DNA from: Anthoceros angustus
Taxonomy: Eukaryota; Plantae; Anthocerotophyta
Reading direction: 5' to 3'
DNA length: 64,000 nucleotides
Assembly: GCA_010909165.1 (NCBI GenBank)
Contig: MU008160.1
Location: forward strand, 558,001 to 622,000
Shown: one piece after another, positions 36,814-48,973 of the stretch
Layout of the letters: the number at the start of each line of letters is the position of its first letter
Position numbering within the stretch: the first letter of the stretch is position 1
The notes under the pieces: generated by a model
What the model saw: the letters and a program-made list of their open reading frames with translations, nothing else
Told to the model about the DNA's origin: nothing
Databases searched by the model: none
Translations under genes and position numbers: made by a program

Positions 36814-38899
36814 GAAGAATGAAAAGGAGCCAGTGCTCAAGTGTGGACGTCCATCCATGGATTTCACTTGTTCGTGTAGGGATGGGCATTCGAAAACTAT
36901 GAAACTAGGTCTACCAACTATGCAACGAGTGCCATTATCTGTGAAAGTATGTACATATTTCCACTGACTATGAGTTGCGTTTCGTAGTTTCAGTGTTGCC
37001 AGGATCTTAAAACATTCACCGTTTTGAGCTGTTTGATCTGGTCCAGGCCTCAAGAAGGAGTACGCCGTAGCTGAAACTGGCTGACCAATGTGAGGCTGAT
37101 GGCCGGTGCTTCGATTTCAGTAGACTGACGCTGGCTACATTTCAGAGGAGATGCACAATGAAAAGACAAGGAGCTACTGTCTGCAATATTGCAATGTTTG
37201 ACTTGATGTTAAGGTTGAACTCTCTAAGCAGGAGGCAGTTTGTCTGGACACACACACAGGACATGTTGCAGCTGCGTGTTTCAGGAACACGATTCATGTC
37301 TAGCTAGCGTGTCTGGCGCAGCGTGTACAGTTTTGAGAGATTTTTGGATCATGCTCCTGATTACAAAGCTCCGAGGTCTTACTGTCGGTATGCAGGTACT
37401 CTGATTCATCCAGCAAGTACGACATGGCGTTGGATACGGATCATCAATTTGTTCCATCTGCCGAGCGAGAAGATACGAGCGCCTTCTTGAACACATCTGT
37501 GTCATTTCCAATGTGAAATATTCACTGCCATGGTGGGACAGGAACGTTTGTCGATCTGGAGCCGAGACCCGATTGGTGCCAGGTTGCCTGAGGTCCGTGG
37601 TGAGGCTGTTGTGGCAAGTGTGGGGTTTGAGATGGTTTTATGTTGGAAAGTTGAGGTTGGAAGGATGTTCGGGTTTCGCAGGTGATGGATGACTCGTGAA
37701 GCGATCGCAACTGGTGGCGGGTGACGATGACTTGCTTCAGCTCTTGAGACTGCGGTGAAGATGGCGAATTTCGGTTTTCTGGGGTATCTGGCGGGTGAAG
37801 ACGACCGCTTCACAGACCGTCGTGAGGATGGCGAGTTTCGGATTCTGTTGGATAGAACAAGTGCCAAACGAGTAGGTCATTTGAAGAATCACCAGAAGAC
37901 TAGGTACTGTATGGAACAGAAACGATTGAAGGGAATATATTGTATAAAATAGCTACTTACGTGAAAATAACTTAAGACTTAGAGTTAAACCATCCAACTG
38001 GAGCACTTTCATTCTCTGGTGACGCGCGGTTCTCGGCACCTGACGACGCGGCCCGCATTGGAGGAGCGGAGGCCCTCTCTTGGGCAGCCGCGTATCGTCT
38101 TCAAATGGATCTACATTTTTTGTGTGTTCTTTTCTTCTTCTCCAGCCACGTGGGTTCAGCATGGCCCAAGGAGGTGGCGCGACGAGAAACGTGTGCAGGC
38201 GCAAATAATGCAGCTGGGACGTCGCTGGGTGCGGTGCAGCAGGTCCAGAGCAAATCATGCAGCAGAGGTGTAAGTAACGCCAGCGCCGAACCTTTTCCCG
38301 GAGGATCACTTGACATGACGATCCCGGATCGGGTGACCTTTCGGGAGAGCGAGGCCAGCAAGGTTGCTATTGGTCAGATCAATGTCGGGAATGTTGGTTG
38401 ATATTCAATCTTATCATGGAGATGGCCCAGCCTTCTCCGGCATTCATCCTCCTCTTCACTCTTGCATTCAGGTTCTGTTGGAAAAGCAACAGCATGAAAG
38501 ATGATGCCATTGTCAGCTAAGAAACGGCAATTTGAATGCGAAGCCGTGGCAGAGTCTTGCTTGAATTAGAGGTGCTATGCTCTATGATTTGGCAAATTGC
38601 GCACCGAGCAACCTAGGAGGCCGACTGTAAAATGGCCCTCTGCTGGAAGTTGAAGTTCCTCACTCAGCTGTAGCTTCTCGTTGCTCTGACCATTTTGGTG
38701 TCTGCGGTTCCCTACGACAGAAGCCACGGCTGCTTTCATCGCTTATCAGCGCTGTGTGTTTGCTATTTGGTTGTCGGCTGTTGTGAGCATAGCTAGACAG
38801 TGTTGAGGATTGCAGTCTTTAATTTGCTCGGGGACGCTCTTTGAAGAGCCTTTCCCTGCACTTTTCCCCTAGAGTGGAGTTTGTCATCAAGTTTCCACA

Positions 38900-39794
38900 A
38901 TGACGATCCAGGCGCTCGGCAGGGACAGCGATGTTATCCAGGTTGCCAAATCCAGCATGTCGGGAGGCAACGGGAGGACAGCTACGCTAAGAACTCGCAG
39001 CTGCAAGCACACGTTTTCAACTTCTGTGAAAGCGTGCTGTACACTGCCTTGAGGAGATGCAGGATGTACCTGCTCCTGCGCCCGGCGTGCCAGCTCTGAG
39101 GGTCGCGGACCTGGGATGCGCCACTGGCAGCAACACGTTGAATGCGGTGAAGAGCATTTTGGATGTGGTAAAGTACAGATATCGGAGGGAGGATGTGGAA
39201 ATGCCCGAGGTGGAGGTGTTCTTTTCTGATCTGCCTTCCAACGATTTCAACACCTTGTTCCAAGAATTGCCGCTCTGCATCGAGGCTCAAACCAGTCGCT
39301 CAAAGATTTCAGGCGCAATTCGAGCAGGAGGATTTTCTCCGCCGGCGGCGTCCTGGCTCTTTCTTCAAGGAGGCTGTTTCCTTCCAGGAGCATGCATTAT
39401 CTCCTCTTTTCGGCTCTGCATTGGCTTTCCGAGGTGATATTCGCACTTTCAGCTTCCTCTAGCAGCACTGCTACAGCTGTCAGCTGGATGACGGCCTGTG
39501 GATTGAAGCTCATGTAGACGGAAGTGACTGACATCTTCGCCTGCCTTGTGTGTAGGTTCCTGCAGCGATCACAGATAAAAATTCTGATGCCTACAACAAA
39601 AACCGCATATGGTTGGATGGAACCAGTGGACCAGTGCGAGATGTGATTGCTCAGCAATCCCGGATGATTTCAGGAAGTTTCTGCAATTTCGAGCTGAAGA
39701 GCTGGTGCCTGGCGGCGTTTTGGTGCTCATGTTCGGTGGCAGGTTGGAGAAGGACCGTCTTAGGAGTGAGGGGGACCTCGCTAACGGAGTGGAA
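38900..39794 (+). pseudogene. SABATH methyltransferase copy 2, truncated in exon 2 by a Copia LTR
   Basis: Same motifs as 20704-22219; ends at ...DLANGVE followed by the LTR. Exon 3 was not seen downstream. Confidence 0.85.
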
Positions 39795-40016
39795 TGTGAA
39801 GAACTGATGCGTTCAGGATCTTACATTAGATTGCATAAGAGTACAGAGAATGTTCAGAATGTAGGCTTGGCCATTGCCCAAGCGGTGTTGTGCGTAACCA
39901 TTTTGAATGGTGACCATTCAAGGTGGCGCTTGAGCTCTAATGACTTAAATAATGAAGCGTGCCCTAAGGGCTAATGCTATCATTTTAACACTCCCACTTA
40001 GCATGTAGTCCTTAGG

Positions 40017-40064
<48 letters not shown>

Positions 40065-42400
40065 AAACTTTGCTAAGCTTTGTGTAACCGAGACTCTTCT
40101 TAGTCCCATATTCTTCACGTGTTCTTGATGCTTGATCGTGAGTGCAAACGTCCCTTCATCATCATTGCAATAAACAACTATAAACTTGCCTTCATCAACT
40201 ACTTGCCTTATGAAGTGAAATTGCACCTCTATGTGCTTCGTCATGCGTGGAACTTTGGATTATACGTGAGTGCAATAGCACTCTGGTTATCGCAATAGAG
40301 GCACAGGGATCCTTTGCATTTCGCCTAACTCCGAAAGTTGTAGAAGTTGCCAAAGTCCATCTTTACAAGCATGTGTTAAAGAGCAATACTCAGCCTGTTG
40401 AGCCGAGTGCGACCAGCTGCCTCTTGCCGCTCCAAATTTGTTGCCGTGCCTAGTAGGTATACATAGTTGTGCTTCCTATCGCCGACGTTGCCGGCCCGGC
40501 CGCTAAAGCCTTCTAGTTGTAAAGGCTCTCCTTGTTTGATATGTGATTAGTAGAGCAGCCCTAGGTCCGGGGTTGCTCTTAAGTATCCGAGTATCCTCTA
40601 ACCGCCCAATGAGCTTGAGTAGGGGTGAGGAATTGTGACAAGGCTTGAATAGGATAGATCAGTCCGGTGCAAACCATAAGATACATAAGACTCACCGAGG
40701 AATAAGGAGGAGGAGTAGTATTGGAGGTATCATCCTGTTGGTCCGCTTCCTGCTAAGCTTAAGATTCATTTCCATGGGTGTAGAGATGGGTTTAGCGTCT
40801 AACATCTTAAACTTGGTTAGAATCTCTTGGATGTATTTGATGGTGAATAAGGATGCTTCTAGCGTTTCTATCTCTTAGGACATGCCTAAACAGAAGAAAG
40901 TTCTCTACAAGTTGTCATAGAGAAACGCTTAGCTAGCATAGATCGGTATTTTCTAAAATAGCCTTAGTATTAGACATAAGAACTATGTCATCTACGTATA
41001 CTCCTAAGACAATGAATTCATTACCTAGTCTCTTGATATAAATGTTGCTCGAGTTTAGCTTAGTGAACTCTAGCTCCTTAATGACATCTAACTTGTGATA
41101 CCATTTCATGGCGCTTTGCTTAAGTCCGAGTATGGATTTCAATAAGCAAGCATTATGCTTTCTTTATCCCGAACATGTATCCCTTCCGGAATCTCCATAT
41201 AAATAATGTGATCACCATATAGAAAAGGCATCTTAATATCAAGTTGCATTAGTTCATAGTTGTGATGAGATACCCAAAGCTAAGAGGATTCTAAGATATT
41301 TTGACAGGGACTAAAGGTTTATCGTAGTCAAAACCATATTTTTGTGAACCCTTAGCTACCAGTCTAGCTATATCTTCATACCAATTGCTAGTACTCTAAT
41401 TTAATTTTTAACGCCCACTTACTCCTACCAATTTTCACGTCCCTATAGGTGAAGAGTTAGGTCCAAGTTTTATTGGCTTCTAGGGATTCTTGACCGATTG
41501 CTTGCTTCAAACATGCCAGAGTTGTTGCTTCACGATAGCTAGCAGACAAATTGATCCAAGATTAAGACAATATGCTATATCTTGGGATCCCCGCGGGTTA
41601 GTAGGAGAATATCCAGTATCGACCCACGTTGAATCAGGACCGCCCACGAGAAATGGGTGGTATCGGTGTGGAATAACCTCATTACAAGCCTGCCGTATGA
41701 GGTAAACACTTGAATTCATATAAGCACTTCCCACCAAACCAAGCAAACAAATCTAATACGCGGGAACAACCAATAACAATGGGAGTGAGTAGCTCGCACG
41801 CCGTGGCACAAACACACCTCCCCACGGAACAACGCGCAAATTCCTCACATCGCCTCCTGAGTCATAGCTCCTCCACACAACGCTCAGACGAGATATCTAG
41901 AGGGTTCGACGCTGTCGCTGATGACGTCGGACCTGGGCTACATCGCCGGAACTCCGATCCTGGGATGGCTCGCGACGAGCGTCGGGTACGACGCGATGCA
42001 TCTCGCGACGGCGTCGGTCGTCCTTTCCGCCGGTTCGTTCTATGCCTGGCGGAGAAGCGTCTCCCGANGCTCACATGAGTAGCAACACTATAAGGTTTGC
42101 ATTCTTAAAGAATAAAATTCATTGCGAACCGTGACCAATGTCATGGTGGATTGGTAAATATCCGTGATCTCGCCTCCAAGCTGGGCGAGGTGAGGGCACC
42201 ATCGTGTGATGGAGAGTGACTGTCTAGGGCATGCATGTGCATGCCTGCCTGCCTTGTCCATGAGTCGAGAGCGGTGAAGGTCCGGTGGTTTGGAGAGAGC
42301 CATCAACGATGGCAAGAAGATCTCAGTATTTAGAGCAATCTTCATCCGCTTAGACCAAACTTCAAACTTTGGTACAAACGGTCTTTCTCCTTAAAATCCG
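39795..42400 (-). mobile_element. Decayed Ty1/Copia element: 3' LTR 39795-39990, PPT, RNase H/RT, protease/gag remnants
   Basis: Minus strand AAGTGGGAG (PPT) + TGTTAAAA...TTCACA (LTR). TKHIEVQFHFIR (RNase H), GLKQSAMKWY and VYVDDI (RT), WVDTG (protease-like), KFEVWSKRMKIAL...VRNEFYSLRM (gag). An N is present at 42068 and the 5' LTR was not found. Confidence 0.8.
40018..40064. repeat. Compound (AT)n(GT)n microsatellite
   Basis: Direct read. Confidence 0.95.
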
Positions 42401-44123
42401 ACTCACATTCATAACATTAATGATTGGAGCAGGAGGAGAAGGTGCTGTTAGCCAGAGGTCAGACTGGTGGATTTCTCCAAAACATGCAAATCCGTTTTCC
42501 AGTTTTGGTTTGCTCTAGGATGATCTGCTAGTCTGATTGCAGTAACATGGGTGAGTGGCTTGCCAAGCTCAACGTGGGCTTCCCAACGAGCCCATGCTTG
42601 CCCTCATCCGCACAAATCCACCGAGAGCCAAGGCAATCGGGCCACACATGACAACACCAAGGCAATCCGGCACTGTGTCTGCTCGCCCTCCTTTCCTCCC
42701 CGTTGGCAAAACCTCTGTTCCCTGCAAGGTTAGAGAGAGAGAGAGGGCAGACGAAGCGTATCCACTCTTCGGGGAAATCAAGTGCCGCTGGTCGATGAGC
42801 CAGACGGACAAAACTACCTACCCACTGGTAACGAATTCATGACCCTCGTTGTTCTTGAAAAATCCCCAAACATTGATCTACAATTGAGTGGGATAGCAAC
42901 GCAACGGTATTAGTGAAATAAGTACATAAAAATATATATAAGGGCTTTGAGTAGGATACACTCACTTTTGAGAGAGCTGGCAAGCTCACTTAGACGGCTG
43001 ATCCTTCGGCATGTGGTGTGTCGGAGCATCGGCCAAGTCATGCGTGTAGGGTTGTCATCCCAGTATGTACTTCTTTTAGCATAAGGAAGATTTGGCGGTG
43101 CACGCCCATCTGCGAGTCTTTGGTGGTCGGAGTCGACTGGTGAGAAGTCGGGGGGGTGAAGCTCCGCGAATACCTACTTAAAAAGGCCGGGGGAATCTTG
43201 CTCCACCAAGTGCCTGTCCAGCAGGCCACTCGACGTCCGGTGCGTCGAGTAATACGGCGCTGGCTCTTGGAAACCATTCGGCGACTTGAGGGTTTCCTCG
43301 GATTGCAGTTCGAAAGGTTAGGGCTTGGACTGTTGGCATTGGACTCCGTGGTTGGTCCGGTAGCGCTGGGGTTTTGATTTGTCGAGGATTTACCTCGGGC
43401 AGGTAGTATAGAAGAGATTTAGCAGCATGAGTAACACGAGCCGTTCCCTTGGGTTCGAACCAACCACTACAACGATAATGAGTTATAAATGTGCACCTTG
43501 CTAGCCCGCTAGCAAAAATATTCCCACACCTGCCATAGCAAAATCCACCTGCGTGAAGCATTTATCGCTTTGGAGATAGAGACACAAGCGTGCTTGAAAG
43601 GCCACGTAGATCCGAGACCCCACAACTTCTAAGCGGTCTTCCCACTTGCACGTCAAATCGTACAAGGGACTTGTACGAGAGATCGTGTCTGATGTCATGA
43701 TAATACTTTCATTGACCTTCTCCTATAATCTAACTTGACCTTATCTCTCTTAAGTTCTAACCACTTGAACTTATGTCGTTCATGTTGTGTATAAGGTACA
43801 TGGTACTCATAATGAAATTTCTATTTTTTTCACACTTCGTCAAACATGGTATTCAACTTGGTGAAGCCTAAGCCCAAGATGCTTTACCTTCTGTAAAAAA
43901 ACTATATAAACTCTTTTATTAAATACAAAATATTAAATTCTAATCCAAACACAAGTCAATTCATCAAAATAAGATATAAAAGTTCACAAGAAATAATTTA
44001 AATAAACACTTTGAGCTTAAATGTTTACTCAAATTCCTACCCTCTGCCTTCGTCGACCTTTTACTCTAACCTAGTTTGAGCCTTTTATCTTCTTCTCTAA
44101 CCACTTGTTTATGAACATACGTG

Positions 44124-45524
44124 TCAACCAGTGAGCCCTTTATCTCCATTCACAATAATTTCATCGGTGCAACCACTTGAAGGAGAAGGTGAATCACTAG
44201 GACTCGGACTTGGAGAGAAGGCATCAGACGAAGAACTCTCACATTGACATGGCTCAGATGCAACGGGATAATCATCACTTGGCACGGGATTATCATATGG
44301 GGTGCTAGGCCGGGCGGGCGGTGCAGACCCAGACCGGCTGGACCGCTCGCTACTTGGACTACTCGGACTATTTCCGCCGCTTATCGTAATATTCCAATTA
44401 TATTGTACAGTGGTGTTGCATAGACCTTGTATGCTACTACTACCAGCAAGAGTAATAGGTCCCGATCCTTTGAAATACCATGTAGCCAGAATATCAAAAA
44501 TTTTTGCTGCTAAATGATATGGATCCCACCATATGAAATTCTTAGAATCCTGACAATATCTTGTCCCTTTTCTACAAGGAGTATTCCCATCACCACAACA
44601 TGCTTTTGTAGAATGTTGAAATCCATACTTTGAAGGATGGTGAATAATCTCATTAGTCGCGTGAAGAGTTGGAAGAATAACATATCGAGCTTCTGTAAGT
44701 CTATGATGAAAAATTTTATGGAGTTCAGCATTCATCTTCTCATTGTAGGTATGAATATGGTTATTGACTTCTCTATTGCATCGAGATGAATTAGTGGCAT
44801 GAATAACCGAAGGTGCACACCCCAAGGATCCAATATCAGCTATGATAAACTTTCGTGCTCCTTGTTTATACAACTTGTGGATATTGTTCGTCATCCTCCG
44901 GATAAGAATTTTATGAAATCCTTTATCAGAAATGCGTCGTCTAGCAAGAATTCTCTGATGAAAGTCATCGGTACCTACATCAATATAGAATAATGAATGT
45001 GCTAGATGTCTTGCAACATCATGTCTTACATTACCACCCTCTTGCGCAAGTTGTTTAGCAAGAGCTGGCACCGCCTGTTCTTGAAACAATTCGACTTGAC
45101 GATGAAAAGATAAAACATGTCCATATTGTTTTCCTGTACCCTTTAACAATCCAGCTTTACCAGAAGCAAAACTCAAGCCTTCACGTTTTACAGCTTTTGG
45201 TGCATGAGACAAAAAAGGTTGGGGAAACTTATGATAACCAAGATGACTAGCAAAATAATCCAACAGAATGCGACCGTTACTAAATCTCCCTGTCGCCTTT
45301 CTTGAGTCAAACTCTTTTCCATAGGGATAGTAATTTGCCTTTGCATCTGTTTTTAATTGCAAATGATTATTGTTGCCTATATCTGCCAAGGAATCTCCAA
45401 AAGTATACAAAGAACCATTGTATCTATGAGAAGATGCATGCGTGGTTACAATGCTCATAAATGAGATACATAGGATAATCATTTGAATACTTGATGACAT
45501 ATTGAAGAATATTTTTCTCTCCAT
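44124..45524 (-). CDS. Secreted GDSL esterase/lipase, intronless, with a Ser/Pro-rich C-terminal tail (466 aa)
   Basis: Hydrophobic N-terminus; FGDSLADIGNN, PYG..F..KATGRFSNG, SFASG, LYKQGARKF, LGCAP, KACCG, WWDPYH; SP-repeat tail. Confidence 0.9.
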   Translation of the reverse strand: MERKIFFNMSSSIQMIILCISFMSIVTTHASSHRYNGSLYTFGDSLADIGNNNHLQLKTDAKANYYPYGKEFDSRKATGRFSNGRILLDYFASHLGYHKFPQPFLSHAPKAVKREGLSFASGKAGLLKGTGKQYGHVLSFHRQVELFQEQAVPALAKQLAQEGGNVRHDVARHLAHSLFYIDVGTDDFHQRILARRRISDKGFHKILIRRMTNNIHKLYKQGARKFIIADIGSLGCAPSVIHATNSSRCNREVNNHIHTYNEKMNAELHKIFHHRLTEARYVILPTLHATNEIIHHPSKYGFQHSTKACCGDGNTPCRKGTRYCQDSKNFIWWDPYHLAAKIFDILATWYFKGSGPITLAGSSSIQGLCNTTVQYNWNITISGGNSPSSPSSERSSRSGSAPPARPSTPYDNPVPSDDYPVASEPCQCESSSSDAFSPSPSPSDSPSPSSGCTDEIIVNGDKGLTG

Positions 45525-45805
45525 CTTTTAAAGAAAACATCCAAAGAAAATTGTTAGGAAATTGAGGATTAGAAAACCAAAACATTGTAAGAAGAAAAAA
45601 AAGCCCTGATTGTGTACACACTAGCGATTTATGGGTTTCAAACATTTCTCAACACAAGGCTCTTACAACATCAACGACTCACCATCACCAAGCGTGTAGG
45701 CCACCACAACTACCTTGATACTTTTGATTATGCAGTATTAGACACTGTAAGAAGAAAGTTCTAATGCAAGAAATACAATCACCTTTTTTATAATGCAAAG
45801 AGGAG

Positions 45806-46195
45806 GGATTTCCAACTTAATTGGGTCTTATAAATTACCCAAAGGTAGACACTAATTCATAACCTCTTCTTATTAAGTTTCCATGTGGGGGTCTTATTTT
45901 GACCTCTTATACTTTAGTAAAAGTTCCGCAACCACTAACTAGTTGAATTGTTTATCAGTACGGGCCTAGGAATTTCCAAATTAATTGGGAGTTAAAAAAT
46001 ACTTGAGGATAGATAAGATTCTCAACCTCTTGTAATTTACTAAAGCTTTCTCCACCACTAACTAATTAAAGCACTAGCTACGAGCCAAGGAATTTCCAAC
46101 TTAATTGGAAGTTAATAAATACCTAGAAGTAGATATGATTCTAACCTTTTGTAATTTTCTTGACCACTAACTAGTTGAATTGTTAACTTCGGGCC
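45806..46195. repeat. Three degenerate ~120-160-bp repeats upstream of the GDSL gene
   Basis: GG(A)ATTTCCAA(C/A)TTAATTGG...TAGA...AACCT at ~45806, 45969 and 46089; CCACTAACTA recurs. Confidence 0.7.
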
Positions 46196-46701
46196 TATGC
46201 TCGAAAGAGTTGTAGCCGTATTCGTTAACCCTATAATGGTCACCCCTTCCAACAAGGAACTTTAAAGTAAATAAGCTATGAACGTTTTTTTTCTTTTTAT
46301 CAATCTCGTAGCTTACTAGCAAATCCTCAAACATGCGCACTACCTTTTCTTCGTTCTCACATGAACCCATACAGCCATGCCTGCGAACCATCATCTTGCT
46401 TTCGCTATGCTTCTATGTACTTGAGGCATGTTTTTGTTGAGGCCATTCAACTTATGTTAAACCCTAGAACGCCTGGGGCTACTTTGGAGATATTTCATAG
46501 AAATCTTGTCATATTTTTTTTTTATTTTTAGTAATGAGCAGACATGCAGAATAAATCAAAGGTGAGGAAACCAACAAGGTATTCCACTACTCCGCCATCC
46601 ATTTAGGCCTCCTCAATTTGTGGGGAATGCAAATTGGAAGGAGATTCTCGATCTCGTTTCGTATCGAGGTCTAATTCAAGCATAGGTTAGGAATGCCAAC
46701 A

Positions 46702-47199
46702 TTGCAGTTTTAGGCTAGGCCAAAATATCAGTTTGCCAGGTATGGCTTAGTGGACCGCATACCAATGCCAAGGCATGGCCTTCTCCTCTCCTCACCCCTC
46801 TCTCCTTCACTGTGCCAATCCCGACCGGAACCGAGGGTGATGGGGAACTAATGCAAATCCGTCTTGGCAATGTTTCTCCCACAGGTTAAGTTTGAGAATT
46901 CGTTGGGAAAAGCAGGGAGCACGTGGCAATGAAGAAATTGTGGTGTTCTCAAGAACGAGAGTGGAATGCAGGGGCTGGGAATTGCAGAACTGGGACAAAC
47001 ATGCGGGAACGTCTGTATGAGAGCAACATGGTTGCAATGTTCCGATAAGAAATTATTGAGCAAGGCGGAAACTTGAATCAATTCACGTGGGCCCCAATTT
47101 CCCCTTGTGAGTCCACACCGCCATGGAGAGAAGGGGTGAGGAGAGAAGAAGAGCCATTGCTAGGTCGTACATGGCAAATTGATTTAGGCCCAGCTGCAG
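46702..47199. mobile_element. Foldback / long-TIR MITE-like element
   Basis: ~110-bp imperfect inverted arms: ATGGCCTTCTCCTCTCCTCACCCCTCTCTCC (46776-46806) vs GGAGAGAAGGGGTGAGGAGAGAAGAAGAGCCAT (47126-47158), with outer TTTGCCA/TGGCAAA. No TSD identified. Confidence 0.5.
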
Positions 47200-47479
47200 T
47201 TTAGAGTTTTCCTGGGCTTTGTTATCATCGCTCAATTCGAATAAAAGAAGACTTGTGAGCAAGGACATTGTTGACTTTCCAACAACTCCATGCTTGCCTT
47301 GATCTAAGCTTTGGATTCTTCAAACATTTTGAAAGGAACCTCTTCTAAGATTCTCTTGAGAAGGCTTAAATTGGCTTCGATTTGCTTTATGTATGACATC
47401 TATCCAGGGTAGCTAGATATAGTTGATCGGCACTGAGGAGATCCACTTATCATCCAAAAGCCGACGCATTTCGCTGAAC

Positions 47480-48973
47480 CGTTCATTCACAAGGCCAAAA
47501 GAAACGTGCACGCTCTTCTTATTGCTGGGTACGCCATGGGACTAAGTTTTTATCCTTGCTAACCTCCCTCTAACTTGACATCTATCTAAGTGTCCTCTGA
47601 TCTCTGGGCACGAATGCAGATGAAAGATGAGCAATGTGCCTTGGGTATCCCATGGCACCATGGACCGGGTCTGGACCATATGGCACACCACCATGGTTGC
47701 CGCGAGCTCCGCCCTGTTGGTAAGACATGCTGCCCGTGGCATCTTCGCTGCTGTCTCCAGGATTTCGGGACAAAGTGCGGCATTGTGGAATTTTCCAGTA
47801 GGAGCGGGCTTTCTTTGCATCAGCCAATCGCTAGGTTCAGTTGATTCCCTTCACGGAGACTGGCTTGGCTAGACAGTGATTGCATTCCTTTTTGCTGACC
47901 AAGTTTGCATGGGAATATGCAACCTGGTGAACATGGGACCAGTCCACGCTATCTGCTGAGATCCCGTAGTGTTCAAGGGCAAATTACCTCGCCTGAGCGT
48001 GCATACGCACGAAGAAGGCAAGCAGCTGGGAGACAGTAGCAATTTCAAGGGGACATGGAGGCCAACATTCAAACTGACTCATCTCCTCTCGAACCGGCCA
48101 ATTGATCTCCTTCACATTTCATCAAGCATCAGTAGTTGTGAGGAGAGGGCCCGGTGCTCGCTATTTCCAGGGCAATCCAAGCGCCATTCTTGGGATAGTC
48201 CAAATTATCGGCCATGCCGGGCTCCAAGGCATTCACAAAGACAATCCAAGCGTGGCGGCGATCCCGGCTCGGCCATACTCGATATACTGGGGCGGTCCGG
48301 CTCAACTCCATTTGGCCTGTGGATCAATCCGAGATTGAGACACTATGGAGGGAGGAGGACCTCTAGCGCGCAGAAGGCCTACACAAACATTGCGGGACTT
48401 CATGTTGTTTGTCAACAGCATGATCAGCCGAGTGAAGTTCAAGCATGGAACGGCATATAAACCCGAGGTGCGTGACTTGATCTTTTCCACCTTCATGGCA
48501 ATGGGTCTTACACGGGACCTCTTGATGTCCACGGAATCACGATGTTTGCTTTCAATTCAAGAGAGAACATACGTATTGACCAAAAATGTAGAGGGAGCAA
48601 ACCTTCAGACCCCCAAGGCTACCTCTAGTGGCCACACGTATCCCACTGTCACTATGTACAATAGGTTTCGTCCTATAAGACGTATGTTTAACGTCCCATA
48701 AGACTTCTGTTTAACATGAAACCAGCTTCCAAGACACAAGTTCATACTTTCTCAAATATCCAAACCCCCTCACACAACTGGGCATCCTCAACTCACCCTC
48801 AAGCAGCAGCCACCATGAGATTCTTCATGCAGCGAGTCTCAATAGCTCTTCAACGGGCCCTCTCATCAATGATCCTCTACATAGCGATAGCAGATGACGC
48901 ATCCTCCTCTTCCTCCGTAGTCTACAGGCCTATGACATCGATTGGCGGTGACACCTTCAGTGACTTCGAGTAG
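47480..48973 (+). mobile_element. Possible decayed CRE/RLE-type non-LTR retrotransposon 3' region
   Basis: FFMQRVSIALQRALSSMI resembles the QRxSxAxQRGNA C-terminal motif, and RPIDLL resembles RPAD; heavily degenerate. Confidence 0.35.

Larger units (their letters stand above)
32235..39794 (+). repeat. Right arm of the giant inverted repeat
   Basis: Mirror of 21323-28989; homology stops at ...GGAGTGGAA|TGTGAAG. Confidence 0.95.

Noticed and set aside
41860-42080. CG-rich segment next to the single N (42068); similar texture at 60-210
   Set aside because: Probably low-quality consensus near a contig join; no interpretable feature.
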